From Mycolicibacterium smegmatis (GTDB lineage Bacteria > Actinomycetota > Actinomycetes > Mycobacteriales > Mycobacteriaceae), in the NCBI RefSeq assembly GCF_001457595.1, contig NZ_LN831039.1, forward strand, positions 5,670,001 through 5,702,000: a stretch of DNA of 32,000 nt. Reading direction: 5' to 3'. Shown here piece by piece: positions 17,726-27,136 of this stretch; within the stretch, counting starts at the first letter, position 1, and every line of letters starts with the position of its first letter. The translations under genes and the position numbers were made by a program. Under the pieces are notes generated by a model, which did not search any database, was not told where the DNA came from, and saw only the letters and a program-made list of their open reading frames with translations.

Positions 17726-18949
17726 GTGCTCGAGGACACGAAGGTGCGCGCGCGGCCGAGCTGGCTGCTGCTCGGGCCTGCGTTCGTGGCGGCGATCGCC
17801 TACGTCGATCCGGGCAACGTCGCCGCGAACGTCAGCGCAGGCGCGCAGTACGGCTTCCTGCTGGTGTGGGTGATCGTCGTCGCCAATGTCATGGCGGGCC
17901 TGGTGCAGTACCTCTCGGCCAAACTGGGACTCGTCACCGGCCGCTCACTGCCGGAGGCAGTCGCCGACCACACCCGCACGCCCACGCGCGTCGCCTTCTG
18001 GCTGCAAGCCGAATTGGTCGCGATGGCAACGGATCTCGCCGAGGTGGTGGGTGGCGCCATCGCGCTGTACCTATTGTTCGACCTACCGCTGCTGGTCGGC
18101 GGGCTCATCACCGGCGTGGTGTCGCTGCTTCTACTGGCGGTGCAGAACCGTCGTGGACAGCGGGTGTTCGAGCGCGTGATCACAGGCCTGCTCATGGTCA
18201 TCGCGATCGGCTTCCTCACCAGTCTGTTCGTCAAGACGCCGCCCGCCGCCGCGGTCGCCGACGGCCTGATCCCGCGCTTCGACGGCGCCGAGAGCATCCT
18301 GCTCGCGACGGCCATGCTGGGCGCCACGGTCATGCCGCACGCGGTGTACCTGCACTCGGGGCTGGCACGCGATCGCCACGGCCACGCAGAGGGTCCGCGC
18401 CTGCGGATGCTGTTGCGCGTCACCAGGTTCGACGTGGGTCTGGCGATGCTGGTCGCGGGCGCGGTGAACATGGCGATGCTGCTGGTCGCTGCCACCAATC
18501 TGCAGGGCCGCGGCGACACCGACTCCATCGAGGGCGCGCACGCCGCGGTTTCCGATGCGCTGGGGCCCACCGTCGCGTTGCTGTTCGCGATCGGCCTGCT
18601 GGCCTCGGGTCTGGCGTCGACGTCGGTGGGCGCGTACGCGGGCGCGATGATCATGCAGGGCCTGCTGAAGAAGTCCTATCCGCTGCTGCTGCGCCGGTTG
18701 GTGACGTTGGTACCCGCACTGCTGGTCCTCGCGATCGGCGTCGACCCCAGCCGGGCCCTGGTGTTGTCGCAGGTTGTACTGTCCTTCGGCATCCCGTTCG
18801 CGCTCATCCCCCTGGTCCGGCTGACCAGCGACAAAGCCCTCATGGGCGGCGACGCCAACCACCGCGTGACCACCGCTTTTGGCTGGGGAGTTGCCGGACT
18901 GATTAGTGTCTTGAACGTGGTGCTGATCTATCTGACCGTCAACGGGTGA
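17726..18949 (+). CDS. mntH: Nramp-family divalent metal (Mn2+/Fe2+) transporter
   Basis: GPAFVAAIAYVDPGNVAANVSAGAQYG (DPGN motif) and ATVMPHAVYLHSG (MPH motif). Confidence 0.95.
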   Translation: MLEDTKVRARPSWLLLGPAFVAAIAYVDPGNVAANVSAGAQYGFLLVWVIVVANVMAGLVQYLSAKLGLVTGRSLPEAVADHTRTPTRVAFWLQAELVAMATDLAEVVGGAIALYLLFDLPLLVGGLITGVVSLLLLAVQNRRGQRVFERVITGLLMVIAIGFLTSLFVKTPPAAAVADGLIPRFDGAESILLATAMLGATVMPHAVYLHSGLARDRHGHAEGPRLRMLLRVTRFDVGLAMLVAGAVNMAMLLVAATNLQGRGDTDSIEGAHAAVSDALGPTVALLFAIGLLASGLASTSVGAYAGAMIMQGLLKKSYPLLLRRLVTLVPALLVLAIGVDPSRALVLSQVVLSFGIPFALIPLVRLTSDKALMGGDANHRVTTAFGWGVAGLISVLNVVLIYLTVNG

Positions 18950-20008
18950 ATGCGGCACGCGTACTTCGCCTACGGATCGAATCTGTGCGTGACGCAGATG
19001 GCCCAGCGCTGCCCCGACGCGGTCGACCCGATACCTGCCCGCCTCGACGACCATGACTGGCTTATCAACCAGCGCGGCGTGGCGACCGTCGAACCCTTCA
19101 CCGGTGGGCAGGTGCACGGCGTGTTGTGGCAGGTGAGCGACCACGACCTGAACGCCCTGGACAGCGCTGAAGGTGTCCCGGTGCGGTACCGGCGCGACCG
19201 ACTGATCGTGCACACCGCGGGCGGACCCGCCGCGGCCTGGGTCTACATCGACCACCGCGTCGATCCGGGGCCACCGAGGCCGGGTTACCTCGAACGCATT
19301 CTCGACGGCGCGATGCACCATGGGTTGCCGCAGCGGTGGATCGAGTTCCTGCGCCGCTGGGACCCGATGCACTGGCCGCAGCAGACACGGTCGGCGACAT
19401 CGCCTGCCCCGCAGTCTCTCGCCGAACTGCTCGCCGATCCCGCGGTACGCGAGACCAGCACGCTGCGGTCGCGATTCGGCTTCATGGCCATCCACGGCGG
19501 CGGCCTCGAACAGATGACCGACGTGATCGCCGAACGTGCCGCCGCCGCGTCGGACGCTTCTGTGTATGTGGTGCGCCATCCCGACCGGTACCCGCACCAT
19601 CTGCCCTCGGCGCGGTATCTGGCCGCTGAGTCACAACGACTTTCGGAATTCCTCGAACACGTCGACGTCGTGGTGAGCCTGCACGGGTACGGCCGCATGG
19701 GTCGCGGCACGCAACTGCTGGCCGGCGGACGCAACCGGACGCTGGCCGAACACGTTGCCCGCCATGTCGAAATCCCCGGCTATACCGTCGTCACCGATCT
19801 CGACGCGATCCCGCGGGAACTGCGCGGGCAACACGCCGACAACCCGGCCAACCGTGTCGCCGGTGTGCAACTCGAATTGCCGTCGCGCGTGCGCGGAATC
19901 AGTCCGCGCAGCCCGCTTCCAGGTGCGGACGGGTTGTCGCCGGTGACCTCGGCCTTGATCGACGGTCTCGCCGCCGCAGCGCGAAGTTGGACGGCTATTC
20001 GGCGATAG
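18950..20008 (+). CDS. Fusion protein: N-terminal gamma-glutamylcyclotransferase, C-terminal poly-gamma-glutamate hydrolase-like
   Basis: MRHAYFAYGSNLCVTQM...GVLWQVSDHDLNALDSAEG...Y is GGCT-like; FGFMAIHGGGLEQMTDVIAERAAA...VVVSLHGYGR resembles the PF05908-type zinc hydrolase. Confidence 0.82.
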   Translation: MRHAYFAYGSNLCVTQMAQRCPDAVDPIPARLDDHDWLINQRGVATVEPFTGGQVHGVLWQVSDHDLNALDSAEGVPVRYRRDRLIVHTAGGPAAAWVYIDHRVDPGPPRPGYLERILDGAMHHGLPQRWIEFLRRWDPMHWPQQTRSATSPAPQSLAELLADPAVRETSTLRSRFGFMAIHGGGLEQMTDVIAERAAAASDASVYVVRHPDRYPHHLPSARYLAAESQRLSEFLEHVDVVVSLHGYGRMGRGTQLLAGGRNRTLAEHVARHVEIPGYTVVTDLDAIPRELRGQHADNPANRVAGVQLELPSRVRGISPRSPLPGADGLSPVTSALIDGLAAAARSWTAIRR

Positions 20009-21092
20009 TCGCGGCGGCCAACTCGTCGATGACGTCGGCGGCCTCGCGGCGGCGCTCGAACGCGCGACGCTGACGCATCGCTCCGTTGCCGGTCTCGATG
20101 ACACGCGCGAGTTCGCCGCGGACCGTGTCGTATTCGCCGAGTTGCTCCAGTGCGGGACGGAGGTGCTCGACGAAATTGGTCAACAGTTCCACAGTCGGTG
20201 CAACAGCATGGGATTCCGCCAGGTCGATGGTGCGGCCGTCCAGACCGTCGCGCGCGGACTTCCAGTAGGCGGCCTTCAACACGTAATCGGTCAGTGGCAC
20301 AACCGGTTCGCCGTTCTTCTCGGCCTCCGTCGCCGTCATCACCGCGGCCCTGACCAATGTCGCGAACAGCACCGTCTCCGCAACCGTCGCAGGAACATCC
20401 GAAACACGTACCTCGACCGTCGGAAACTTGTTGGAGGGACGCACATCCCAGTAGATCATGCCGTCGTCGAGCGCGGCGCCGGCGTCTTCGAGCATGGCCA
20501 CGGTGGCGTCGTACTGGGCCTCCGAATCGAAGAACGGCGGCGGGCCCGCACTCGGCCAGCGCGCCCACAACACACTGCGGAAGGTCGCGTAGCCGCTGTC
20601 GGAGCCGCGGTAGATCGCCGAGTTGGCGGTGAGCGCCAGCAGCAGGTGCAGCCATGGCCGCAGCCGGTTGCTCACCCGGATCGCGGCGTCGCGGCTGGGT
20701 ACCTCGACGTGCACGTGGCAGCCGCAGATCCCCTGTTCGTGGGCGATCATGCCGAACCGGTGACCGATACGGCGGTATCTCGGCGTCGGGGTGATCGGGA
20801 ATTTGTGCGGCACCGTCGGCGGCAGACCCGCGGCCAGCAGACGGGCTCCGTTGGTCTCCGCGGCGTCGGTCGCGACACGGCGTAACCGCAGCAGGGCCTT
20901 ACGAAGATCGTCGCTGTTGTCCATCACCTCGGTCGCGGTCTCGACCTGGCAGCTGGTGAGCTCGAGTTGGAGGTCGACGCCCTTGGCAGCAGCGGTCTCG
21001 GCCACGGCTTTGTTGCGCGCGATGGGCTCTCCTGTGCGTGGATCGACCAGGAGGAATTCTTCTTCGACGCCGAAGGTGGGATTGTTGCTCAT
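19995..21092 (-). CDS. YbdK-type carboxylate-amine ligase (glutamate-cysteine ligase 2 family)
   Basis: MSNNPTFGVEEEFLLVDPRTGEP...GCHVHVEVPSRDAAIRVSNRLRPWL...PTVEVRVSD. The tail overlaps the fusion gene by 14 bp in convergent orientation. Confidence 0.9.
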   Translation of the reverse strand: MSNNPTFGVEEEFLLVDPRTGEPIARNKAVAETAAAKGVDLQLELTSCQVETATEVMDNSDDLRKALLRLRRVATDAAETNGARLLAAGLPPTVPHKFPITPTPRYRRIGHRFGMIAHEQGICGCHVHVEVPSRDAAIRVSNRLRPWLHLLLALTANSAIYRGSDSGYATFRSVLWARWPSAGPPPFFDSEAQYDATVAMLEDAGAALDDGMIYWDVRPSNKFPTVEVRVSDVPATVAETVLFATLVRAAVMTATEAEKNGEPVVPLTDYVLKAAYWKSARDGLDGRTIDLAESHAVAPTVELLTNFVEHLRPALEQLGEYDTVRGELARVIETGNGAMRQRRAFERRREAADVIDELAAATIAE

Positions 21093-21155
21093 GTCCCGCG
21101 CAGGATTGCCCTTCGGAACCTCCACCAAACATCCAGCTCATATGCCTAGGATCGG

Positions 21156-21977
21156 ATGATGCCCAAGGATTTCCGGTTCGGTGTCGGAGTGCGCACCGCC
21201 GAGACCCAGGCCCAGGTCGCCGCCACCGCCCGCCGAGCCGAAGATCTCGGATACGACGTCATCGTGATGCCCGACCACCTTGGCGTCCCCGCCCCGTTTC
21301 CGATGCTGACGGCCGCCGCGTGCGCCACCCGCACCATCCGCGTCGGGACCTTCGTCCTCAACGCCTGCTTCTACAAACCGGCGCTGCTGGCTCGCGAGGT
21401 GACGACGTTGCGGGACCTGTCGGGCGGACGGTTCGAGGTGGGACTGGGAGCGGGGTACGTCCGCGAGGAGTTCGAACAGGCCGAACTACCTTTTCCCAGC
21501 GCCAGAGAGCGCATCGACTATCTGCGTCACACCATCGATCACCTGCGCGAGCACGCCTCCGACGTCCCGGTCATGGTCGCCGGGAACGGTGACCGACTGC
21601 TCACGGTGGCCGCGCAGACCGCCGACATCGTCGGCCTCACCGGCGGCGACGGCGTGCCCGACGGCGACCACGACCCGCTCGCCGAACGAATCTCTTTCTT
21701 GCGCAAGGCTGCCGACGGTCGCGATCTGGAACTCAACATCACGTTCACCGCGATACCCGCGGCCGGCTCCGAGATGCCCGACCTCAGGTTGACGCGACGC
21801 TTTCTCGGCCACCTCACCGACGAACAATTGCTGCGCCATCCGGGGGTGCTGGCCGGTTCCGCATCGGACATGGCCGACCGGCTGCGGCAGCTACGGGACA
21901 CCTACGGCGTGAGCTACTTCATCGTGCAGATCCCACATATCGAGACGTTCGCGAAGGTGATCGCCGAACTTCGGTAG
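21156..21977 (+). CDS. LLM-class (F420-dependent type) oxidoreductase
   Basis: FRFGVGVRTAETQAQVAATARRAEDLGYDVIVMPDHLG...GAGYVREEFEQAELPFPSARERIDYL. Confidence 0.88.
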   Translation: MMPKDFRFGVGVRTAETQAQVAATARRAEDLGYDVIVMPDHLGVPAPFPMLTAAACATRTIRVGTFVLNACFYKPALLAREVTTLRDLSGGRFEVGLGAGYVREEFEQAELPFPSARERIDYLRHTIDHLREHASDVPVMVAGNGDRLLTVAAQTADIVGLTGGDGVPDGDHDPLAERISFLRKAADGRDLELNITFTAIPAAGSEMPDLRLTRRFLGHLTDEQLLRHPGVLAGSASDMADRLRQLRDTYGVSYFIVQIPHIETFAKVIAELR

Positions 21978-21985
21978 CAAAGGTT

Positions 21986-23941
21986 CTAGTTCGACCAAGC
22001 GTCGGTGATTATCTCGACCAACGCCGGACCAGGGTGGGCGAGCGCCTCGGCGATGACGGTACCCAGTTCGGTGTGGCTGATGACCTGGTTCCCGTACGCG
22101 CCGCAATCCCGCGCATACGCGGCGAAGTCCGGATTGAGCAGCGAGGTCTGCCACACCTCGTATTCAGAACTGCGTTGCTCCTGGGTGATCTTGCCGAGCT
22201 CGCCGTTGTTCAACAGGATGTGGGTGATGTTCATGCCGTACTTGACCGCGGTCGTGAAATCGGCGAGGTATTGGCCGAACCCACCGTCGCCGGTCACGGC
22301 AACGATCGGTCGATCGGGCGCGGCAGCCCACGCCCCCATCGCGGCGGGGAAACCGAAACCGATGGAGCCGAGGTAGCCCGACATCAGCACGGTCTGTTCG
22401 TCTTTGGTCTCGAAGTACCGCCCGAACGAGTAGGCGTGGTTGCCCACGTCAACCGTGAGCACGGCGCCGGCCGGCACGAGGCGGCCGAGTTCGTCGAAGA
22501 CTGTCGCGGCAGCGATCCGCCCACCGGGCTGCTTGGTGGCCCGCCGGGCCTTCTCGGTCCGCCACACCGACCACCGCTCAGCGATCTCGGCGCGTTGGTC
22601 GACCAGATCCGGATGCGTGCGCAGACGCTGTGTCAGGGCCGACGCGGTCACGCCCACGTCACCGAGCACCGGCACAGCCACGGGGTTGAACCGGCCAAGC
22701 ACCAGCGGGTCGGTATCGACCTGGATGACCGGCTTGTACGGCGATATGCCCGTGTGATTGGAGAACGACGCCCCGAACACCACCAGCAGATCGGCCTTGT
22801 TCATCATCCACGACGCAACCGGGGTCCCGGATCGGCCCAGCGCACCGCACGCCAGCGGATGATCATCCGCGATCTGGCCTTTGGCCTTGAAGGTGGTGAG
22901 CACCGGGGCGTGGAGGCGCTCGGCCAGCGCGACGATGGCCGCCATGTCGAATTTCGCACCGGCACCGACGATGACCGCCGGGCGAGTTGCCGCTGCGATG
23001 CGGTCGAGTGCCCGCTCCAGTGGTGTCGACGGGGGCGCCACCCGCAGGTCGGGCATCCGGCCCTCGGGCCCGGACGACCGTCGGTCGGACTGGATGACCT
23101 GCACTTCGTCGGGCACCACCAGGTGGGCGACGCCGCGTTCGAGGATGGCGTGCTTGAGCGCCATGGTCATCAGCTCGGCATGTTCGGAGCCGTCGCGCAC
23201 CATCTCCGAGTAGACCGCGACGTCGGCGAAGGCCGCCAGGAGGTCGATGTCCTGGAAGGCGCCTTTGCCCGCGACCGCGGATTCGACGTTTCCGGACAGG
23301 GCCAACACGGGTGCCCGGTCGGCTTTGGCGTCGTACAGCCCGGTGAGCAGGTTCGTCGAACCGGGCCCGGCAATGCCGAAGCAGGCCGCCGGCCGGCCGG
23401 TGAGCTTGCCGTAGGCCGACGCCGCGAACGCGGCCGCGCCTTCATGTCGGATGCCGAAATACCGCAGCTTCCCCGCGTTCTCGGCGCGGTGCATGGCTTC
23501 GGCGAGCCCCAGGTTGGAGTGACCGACCATTCCGAAAACCGTGTCGACACCCCAGTTGGTCATCGTCTCGACCAAGACGTCGCTGACGGTGCGCGCGGCA
23601 GGTGCTGGCGGCGGCGCGCCGACATAGATCCCATCGTCCCGGACGTCGACCGGATACGTCGTGACGTTGAAGTCCGGACCACCCGCGGCCTCGCCTGTGA
23701 ACGGGTCGAAGTCGAAACCGTGCCACGGGCAACGGATTTTGTCGTTCTCGAGCGTCCCCTGTCCGAGCGGTCCGCCTTGATGCGGACAGCGGTTGTCGAT
23801 GGCGCCGTACCGGCCGTTGAGCTTCGTCAGCGCCACCGTCTTTCGTCCAGCGGGGCACGCGGACACCTGACCTTCATCGAGTTCATCGTGGTCGGCGACC
23901 CTGTGCCACTCGAGTTCCTGGCCGGCTTCCTCAACAGTCAC
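21986..23941 (-). CDS. TPP-dependent enzyme (acetolactate synthase/pyruvate oxidase-like) with N-terminal Rieske domain
   Basis: Rieske CPHQGGPLGQG...CPWHGFDFD followed by TPP-fold motifs GVDTVFGMVGHSNLGLAEAM, HEGAAAFAASAYGKLTGRPAAC and GDGGFGQYLADFTTAVKYGMNITHILLNN. Confidence 0.93.
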   Translation of the reverse strand: MTVEEAGQELEWHRVADHDELDEGQVSACPAGRKTVALTKLNGRYGAIDNRCPHQGGPLGQGTLENDKIRCPWHGFDFDPFTGEAAGGPDFNVTTYPVDVRDDGIYVGAPPPAPAARTVSDVLVETMTNWGVDTVFGMVGHSNLGLAEAMHRAENAGKLRYFGIRHEGAAAFAASAYGKLTGRPAACFGIAGPGSTNLLTGLYDAKADRAPVLALSGNVESAVAGKGAFQDIDLLAAFADVAVYSEMVRDGSEHAELMTMALKHAILERGVAHLVVPDEVQVIQSDRRSSGPEGRMPDLRVAPPSTPLERALDRIAAATRPAVIVGAGAKFDMAAIVALAERLHAPVLTTFKAKGQIADDHPLACGALGRSGTPVASWMMNKADLLVVFGASFSNHTGISPYKPVIQVDTDPLVLGRFNPVAVPVLGDVGVTASALTQRLRTHPDLVDQRAEIAERWSVWRTEKARRATKQPGGRIAAATVFDELGRLVPAGAVLTVDVGNHAYSFGRYFETKDEQTVLMSGYLGSIGFGFPAAMGAWAAAPDRPIVAVTGDGGFGQYLADFTTAVKYGMNITHILLNNGELGKITQEQRSSEYEVWQTSLLNPDFAAYARDCGAYGNQVISHTELGTVIAEALAHPGPALVEIITDAWSN

Positions 23942-25566
23942 AGCGGTGTCACTCCTCCGTACGGGACCCCGCTGAGGTATGCGAAGTCGCGGTCGAACGT
24001 CGTCAGATCATCGAGCGTGAATTCGGCAAGACGGTGGTGTCCGCAGGCGCGCGCGAGCACCACCATCAGGTCCACCGCCGAACGCAGGTACCGGTTCAGG
24101 CGTTCGGCGGCCTGCCGCACCGGCAGGCGGGCGCGCAGGTGCGGGTCCTGGGTGGCGATGCCTGCGGGGCAGGCGTTGGTGTGGCAGGCGCGCATGCCGA
24201 CGCAGCCGATGGCTTGAATCGCGCTGTTCGCCACGCCGATCGCGTCAGCCCCCAACGCCAGCGCCTTGACCATGTCCGCGGGGGTGCGGATGCCGCCTGT
24301 GACGGCCAGGGTGATCCGACTCTCGCTGCGGTCGAGGTGTCGCCGGGCCCGGGCCAGCGCCGGAATGGTGGGTACGGAGATGTTGTCGCGGAAGATCGTC
24401 GGCGCTGAGCCCGTGCCGCCGCCGCGGCCGTCGAGGATGACGTAGTCGACGCCGATCTCAAGAGCGGCGTCCAGATCGCGCTCGATGTGTTGGGCACTGA
24501 GCTTGTAGCCCACCGGAATTCCGCCTGAGATGTCGCGGACCTGCGCGGCGAAGTCGCGGTACTCGGCCAGAGACGTCCAGTCCGGAAACCGGGCCGGGGA
24601 GATCGCCGATGTACCGGGTGGTAAGCCGCGCACGTCAGCGATCTTTCCCACCACTTTGCTGCCCGGAAGATGCCCGCCGGTACCGGTTTTGGCGCCCTGT
24701 CCGCCCTTGAAGTGGAATGCCTGAACTTTGTGGAGGTGTTCGAAGCTCCACCCGAACCGGCCGGATGCGAGTTCGTAGAAGTACCGCGAATTCTCTTGTT
24801 GCTCTTCGGGGAGCATGCCGCCCTCGCCGGAGCAGATTCCGGTGCCGGCGAGTTCGGCCCCCGCTGCGAGCGCCGTCTTGGCCTCCTCGGACAGCGCACC
24901 GAAACTCATGTCACTGACGAACAGCGGAATGTCGAGGACCAGTGGGCGTTTGGCCCCGGGGCCGATGACGGTCTCGGTGCTGACGGGCTCCTGGTCGAGC
25001 AGCGGTAGCCGCGCCAACTGTGCGGTCACCAGCTGGATCGAATCCCACGAGGGAAGTTCGGTGCGTGATACCCCCATTGCCGCCGAGGGCCCGTGCTTGC
25101 CCACCCTGCTCAGTCCGTGTGTGGCGAGTTCATGGATGTCGGTGTTGAACGGCTCTTCCGCGGTGTTGGCCGGCGTTGCCCACCTGCCCTGGTAACCGTC
25201 GTCGCCATACGGTTGCGGATTGGCATTCGCGAATTCGGAGATCGCGGATACGTCGACGTACACGGCCCCGTCACGGATTTGGACCGGAAACGTCGCCAAC
25301 GCGACCGCGGGGTTGACCGGTGAGATGCCGGTCTCGACGTTGTACCGCCAGCCGTGCACGTCGCACACGACGGTGTCACCGTCGATGTGCCCGTCTGCGA
25401 GAAGGACGCCGCGATGTGCGCAGCGGCCGTACAACGCTTTGACGTCCCCACCGCGCCGGATGAGCACGAGGTCGACGCCCGCGACATTTGCGGCGAACGG
25501 GGTGTTGTCGGGCAGGTCGGCCAGGGACGCCAACTGCACGTCGCGGGCTGTCGACTCCAAAGTCAT
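23938..25566 (-). CDS. Glutamate synthase-like FMN-binding domain protein with N-terminal Rieske domain
   Basis: Rieske CAHRGVLLADG...CDVHGWRYN; GltS-type motifs SDMSFGALSEEAKTALAAGA, GEGGMLPEE, KGGQGAKTGTGGHLPG, ILDGRGGGTGSAP and CHTNACPAGIATQDP. Confidence 0.93.
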   Translation of the reverse strand: MTLESTARDVQLASLADLPDNTPFAANVAGVDLVLIRRGGDVKALYGRCAHRGVLLADGHIDGDTVVCDVHGWRYNVETGISPVNPAVALATFPVQIRDGAVYVDVSAISEFANANPQPYGDDGYQGRWATPANTAEEPFNTDIHELATHGLSRVGKHGPSAAMGVSRTELPSWDSIQLVTAQLARLPLLDQEPVSTETVIGPGAKRPLVLDIPLFVSDMSFGALSEEAKTALAAGAELAGTGICSGEGGMLPEEQQENSRYFYELASGRFGWSFEHLHKVQAFHFKGGQGAKTGTGGHLPGSKVVGKIADVRGLPPGTSAISPARFPDWTSLAEYRDFAAQVRDISGGIPVGYKLSAQHIERDLDAALEIGVDYVILDGRGGGTGSAPTIFRDNISVPTIPALARARRHLDRSESRITLAVTGGIRTPADMVKALALGADAIGVANSAIQAIGCVGMRACHTNACPAGIATQDPHLRARLPVRQAAERLNRYLRSAVDLMVVLARACGHHRLAEFTLDDLTTFDRDFAYLSGVPYGGVTPL

Positions 25567-25576
25567 CGGCTGCTCC

Positions 25577-26050
25577 TCAGGGTTGGTCGTCGGCCTCGTT
25601 CAGTAGGTGGGCACGGATCTCGGAGTAGGCGTGCGTGAACAGCCTGATGTCGCGCGGGCTGAGCAGGTCGAACACGTTGCGTCGCACGGCCGCCACATGC
25701 ACCGGCGCGGACGACCGGACTTTCGCGAACCCGGCTTCGGTGAGCTCGGCGTACCAGCCTCTCTTGTCTTCATCGCATTCGACGCGGCGCAACCACCCGG
25801 CGTCCGCCAGCCGGTTCACCGCCCGCGTCACGCCGCTGCGGGTCGTCATCGCGGCGTCGGCGATCTCACTCATCCGCAGTCGACGCTCGGGCGCCTCGGA
25901 CAACAGCGCCAGCACTTCGAAATCTGCGAAAGAGATTCCGGCGTCGACCTCCAGCTGACGGTCCAGTGCCCGCAACAGCAGCCGAGTGCTGTCGAGATAT
26001 CCACGCCACATCTCGTACTCAGCGGCACTGAGCCATTCCACCCCTTCCAT
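25577..26050 (-). CDS. MarR-family transcriptional regulator
   Basis: ISFADFEVLALLSEAPERRLRMSEIADAAMTTRSGVTRAVNRLADAGWLRRVECDEDKRGWYAELTEAG. Confidence 0.9.
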   Translation of the reverse strand: MEGVEWLSAAEYEMWRGYLDSTRLLLRALDRQLEVDAGISFADFEVLALLSEAPERRLRMSEIADAAMTTRSGVTRAVNRLADAGWLRRVECDEDKRGWYAELTEAGFAKVRSSAPVHVAAVRRNVFDLLSPRDIRLFTHAYSEIRAHLLNEADDQP

Positions 26051-26059
26051 CAGCGCGGC

Positions 26060-26079
26060 GCACCATTAGTTGATGGTGC
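26060..26079. promoter_or_regulatory. Inverted repeat GCACCAT-TAGTTG-ATGGTGC, probable operator of the MarR-led operon
   Basis: Perfect 7-bp arms, 6-nt spacer, ending 9 bp upstream of the MarR start codon. Confidence 0.7.
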
Positions 26080-26317
26080 AATCACTGTAGCAGCGGACAT
26101 GGTCGCTGACCATAGCGCCGCCATGCTCCGATCACGGGCATAACGCGCAGATTTCGCGTCAGTATTTAGGCCTGAGTGTGGGCGGAGGCTCCTCGACGGT
26201 CTCCCGAAAATAGTTGACGTGAAAACTACTGCGTGAACCCGTTGCGGATTTTTCATACCAACTGTTGCGGTAACGATCAGTATGAAATCGGCCGTTGGCC
26301 CTGACGAGAGGTTCCCC

Positions 26318-27073
26318 ATGTCGAAAACGTTGTTGGGCAAGGTCGCCCTGGCCACCGGAGGATCTCGAGGCCTGGGCGCCGCCACCGCCGAAGCACTCGC
26401 CGACCGCGGGGCCGACGTGGCCATCAGTTACGTCGCCTCCGATGCCAAAGCACAGGCGGTGGTCGAGCGACTGAAGGCCAAAGGCGTCCGCGGGTTGGCG
26501 GTCAAGAGCGATCAGGCCGACGTGACCGCCGCCAAGCCCCTCGTCGACGCCGTGATCGACCACTTCGGCAGGCTCGACATCCTGGTGAACAACGCCGCAA
26601 TCGCCGTGCAGGGCAAGACTGTTGACGATCCGACGCTCGACGCCGAGGAGTTCGACCGGCAGTGGCACGTCAACGTCCTCGGTACCGTGGCGGTCACGCG
26701 TGCCGCCGCGCAGAAACTGTCCGACGGCGGTCGCATCGTCTTCATCGGAACCGGCTTCGGCACCCGCGTCGCGTTTCCCGGCGTGGCGGACTACGCCGGC
26801 ACCAAGGCCGCAATCCTCGGCTACGCCAAGGGCGTTGGGCGTGACCTGGGCCCGCGCAACATCACCGTCAACGTCGTCCAGCCGGGCATCATGCCGACCG
26901 ACATGGCCAGCGAGGCCGCCGCCAATCTGCCCGACGCGGTCATGGACCTGCACGCGATCCGGCGCATCGCGACCGTCGAGGAGGTGGCGGCGTCGGTCTG
27001 CTTCCTCGCCGGGCCCGACGCCGGCTACATCACCGGCACCGTGCTGGAGGTCAGCGGCGGCTACCAGATCTGA
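26318..27073 (+). CDS. SDR family oxidoreductase (3-oxoacyl-ACP reductase-like)
   Basis: MSKTLLGKVALATGGSRGLGAATAEALADRGADVAISY, ILVNNAAIAV, YAGTKAAILG and ITVNVVQPG motifs. Confidence 0.92.
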   Translation: MSKTLLGKVALATGGSRGLGAATAEALADRGADVAISYVASDAKAQAVVERLKAKGVRGLAVKSDQADVTAAKPLVDAVIDHFGRLDILVNNAAIAVQGKTVDDPTLDAEEFDRQWHVNVLGTVAVTRAAAQKLSDGGRIVFIGTGFGTRVAFPGVADYAGTKAAILGYAKGVGRDLGPRNITVNVVQPGIMPTDMASEAAANLPDAVMDLHAIRRIATVEEVAASVCFLAGPDAGYITGTVLEVSGGYQI

Positions 27074-27136
27074 TCGGTGCCGTCCCGCCAGTGGTAGTTT
27101 TATTACCGGTCGTTACGAAAAGGCTGGGCCGATCTG

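Noticed and set aside
18131-19600. 489-aa minus-strand ORF opposite mntH and the GGCT fusion
   Set aside because: Shadow ORF crossing a gene boundary; low-complexity His/Arg/Gln content.
22034-24217. 727-aa + strand ORF opposite the Rieske-TPP gene
   Set aside because: Codon-mirror ORF of a high-GC gene; composition is Arg/Gly/His-rich with no domain, while the minus-strand product has full ThDP and Rieske motifs.
26240-27130. Shared GTAACGA motif upstream of the SDR and TetR genes as a TetR operator
   Set aside because: Short and poorly symmetric; not enough to claim without comparison to orthologues.
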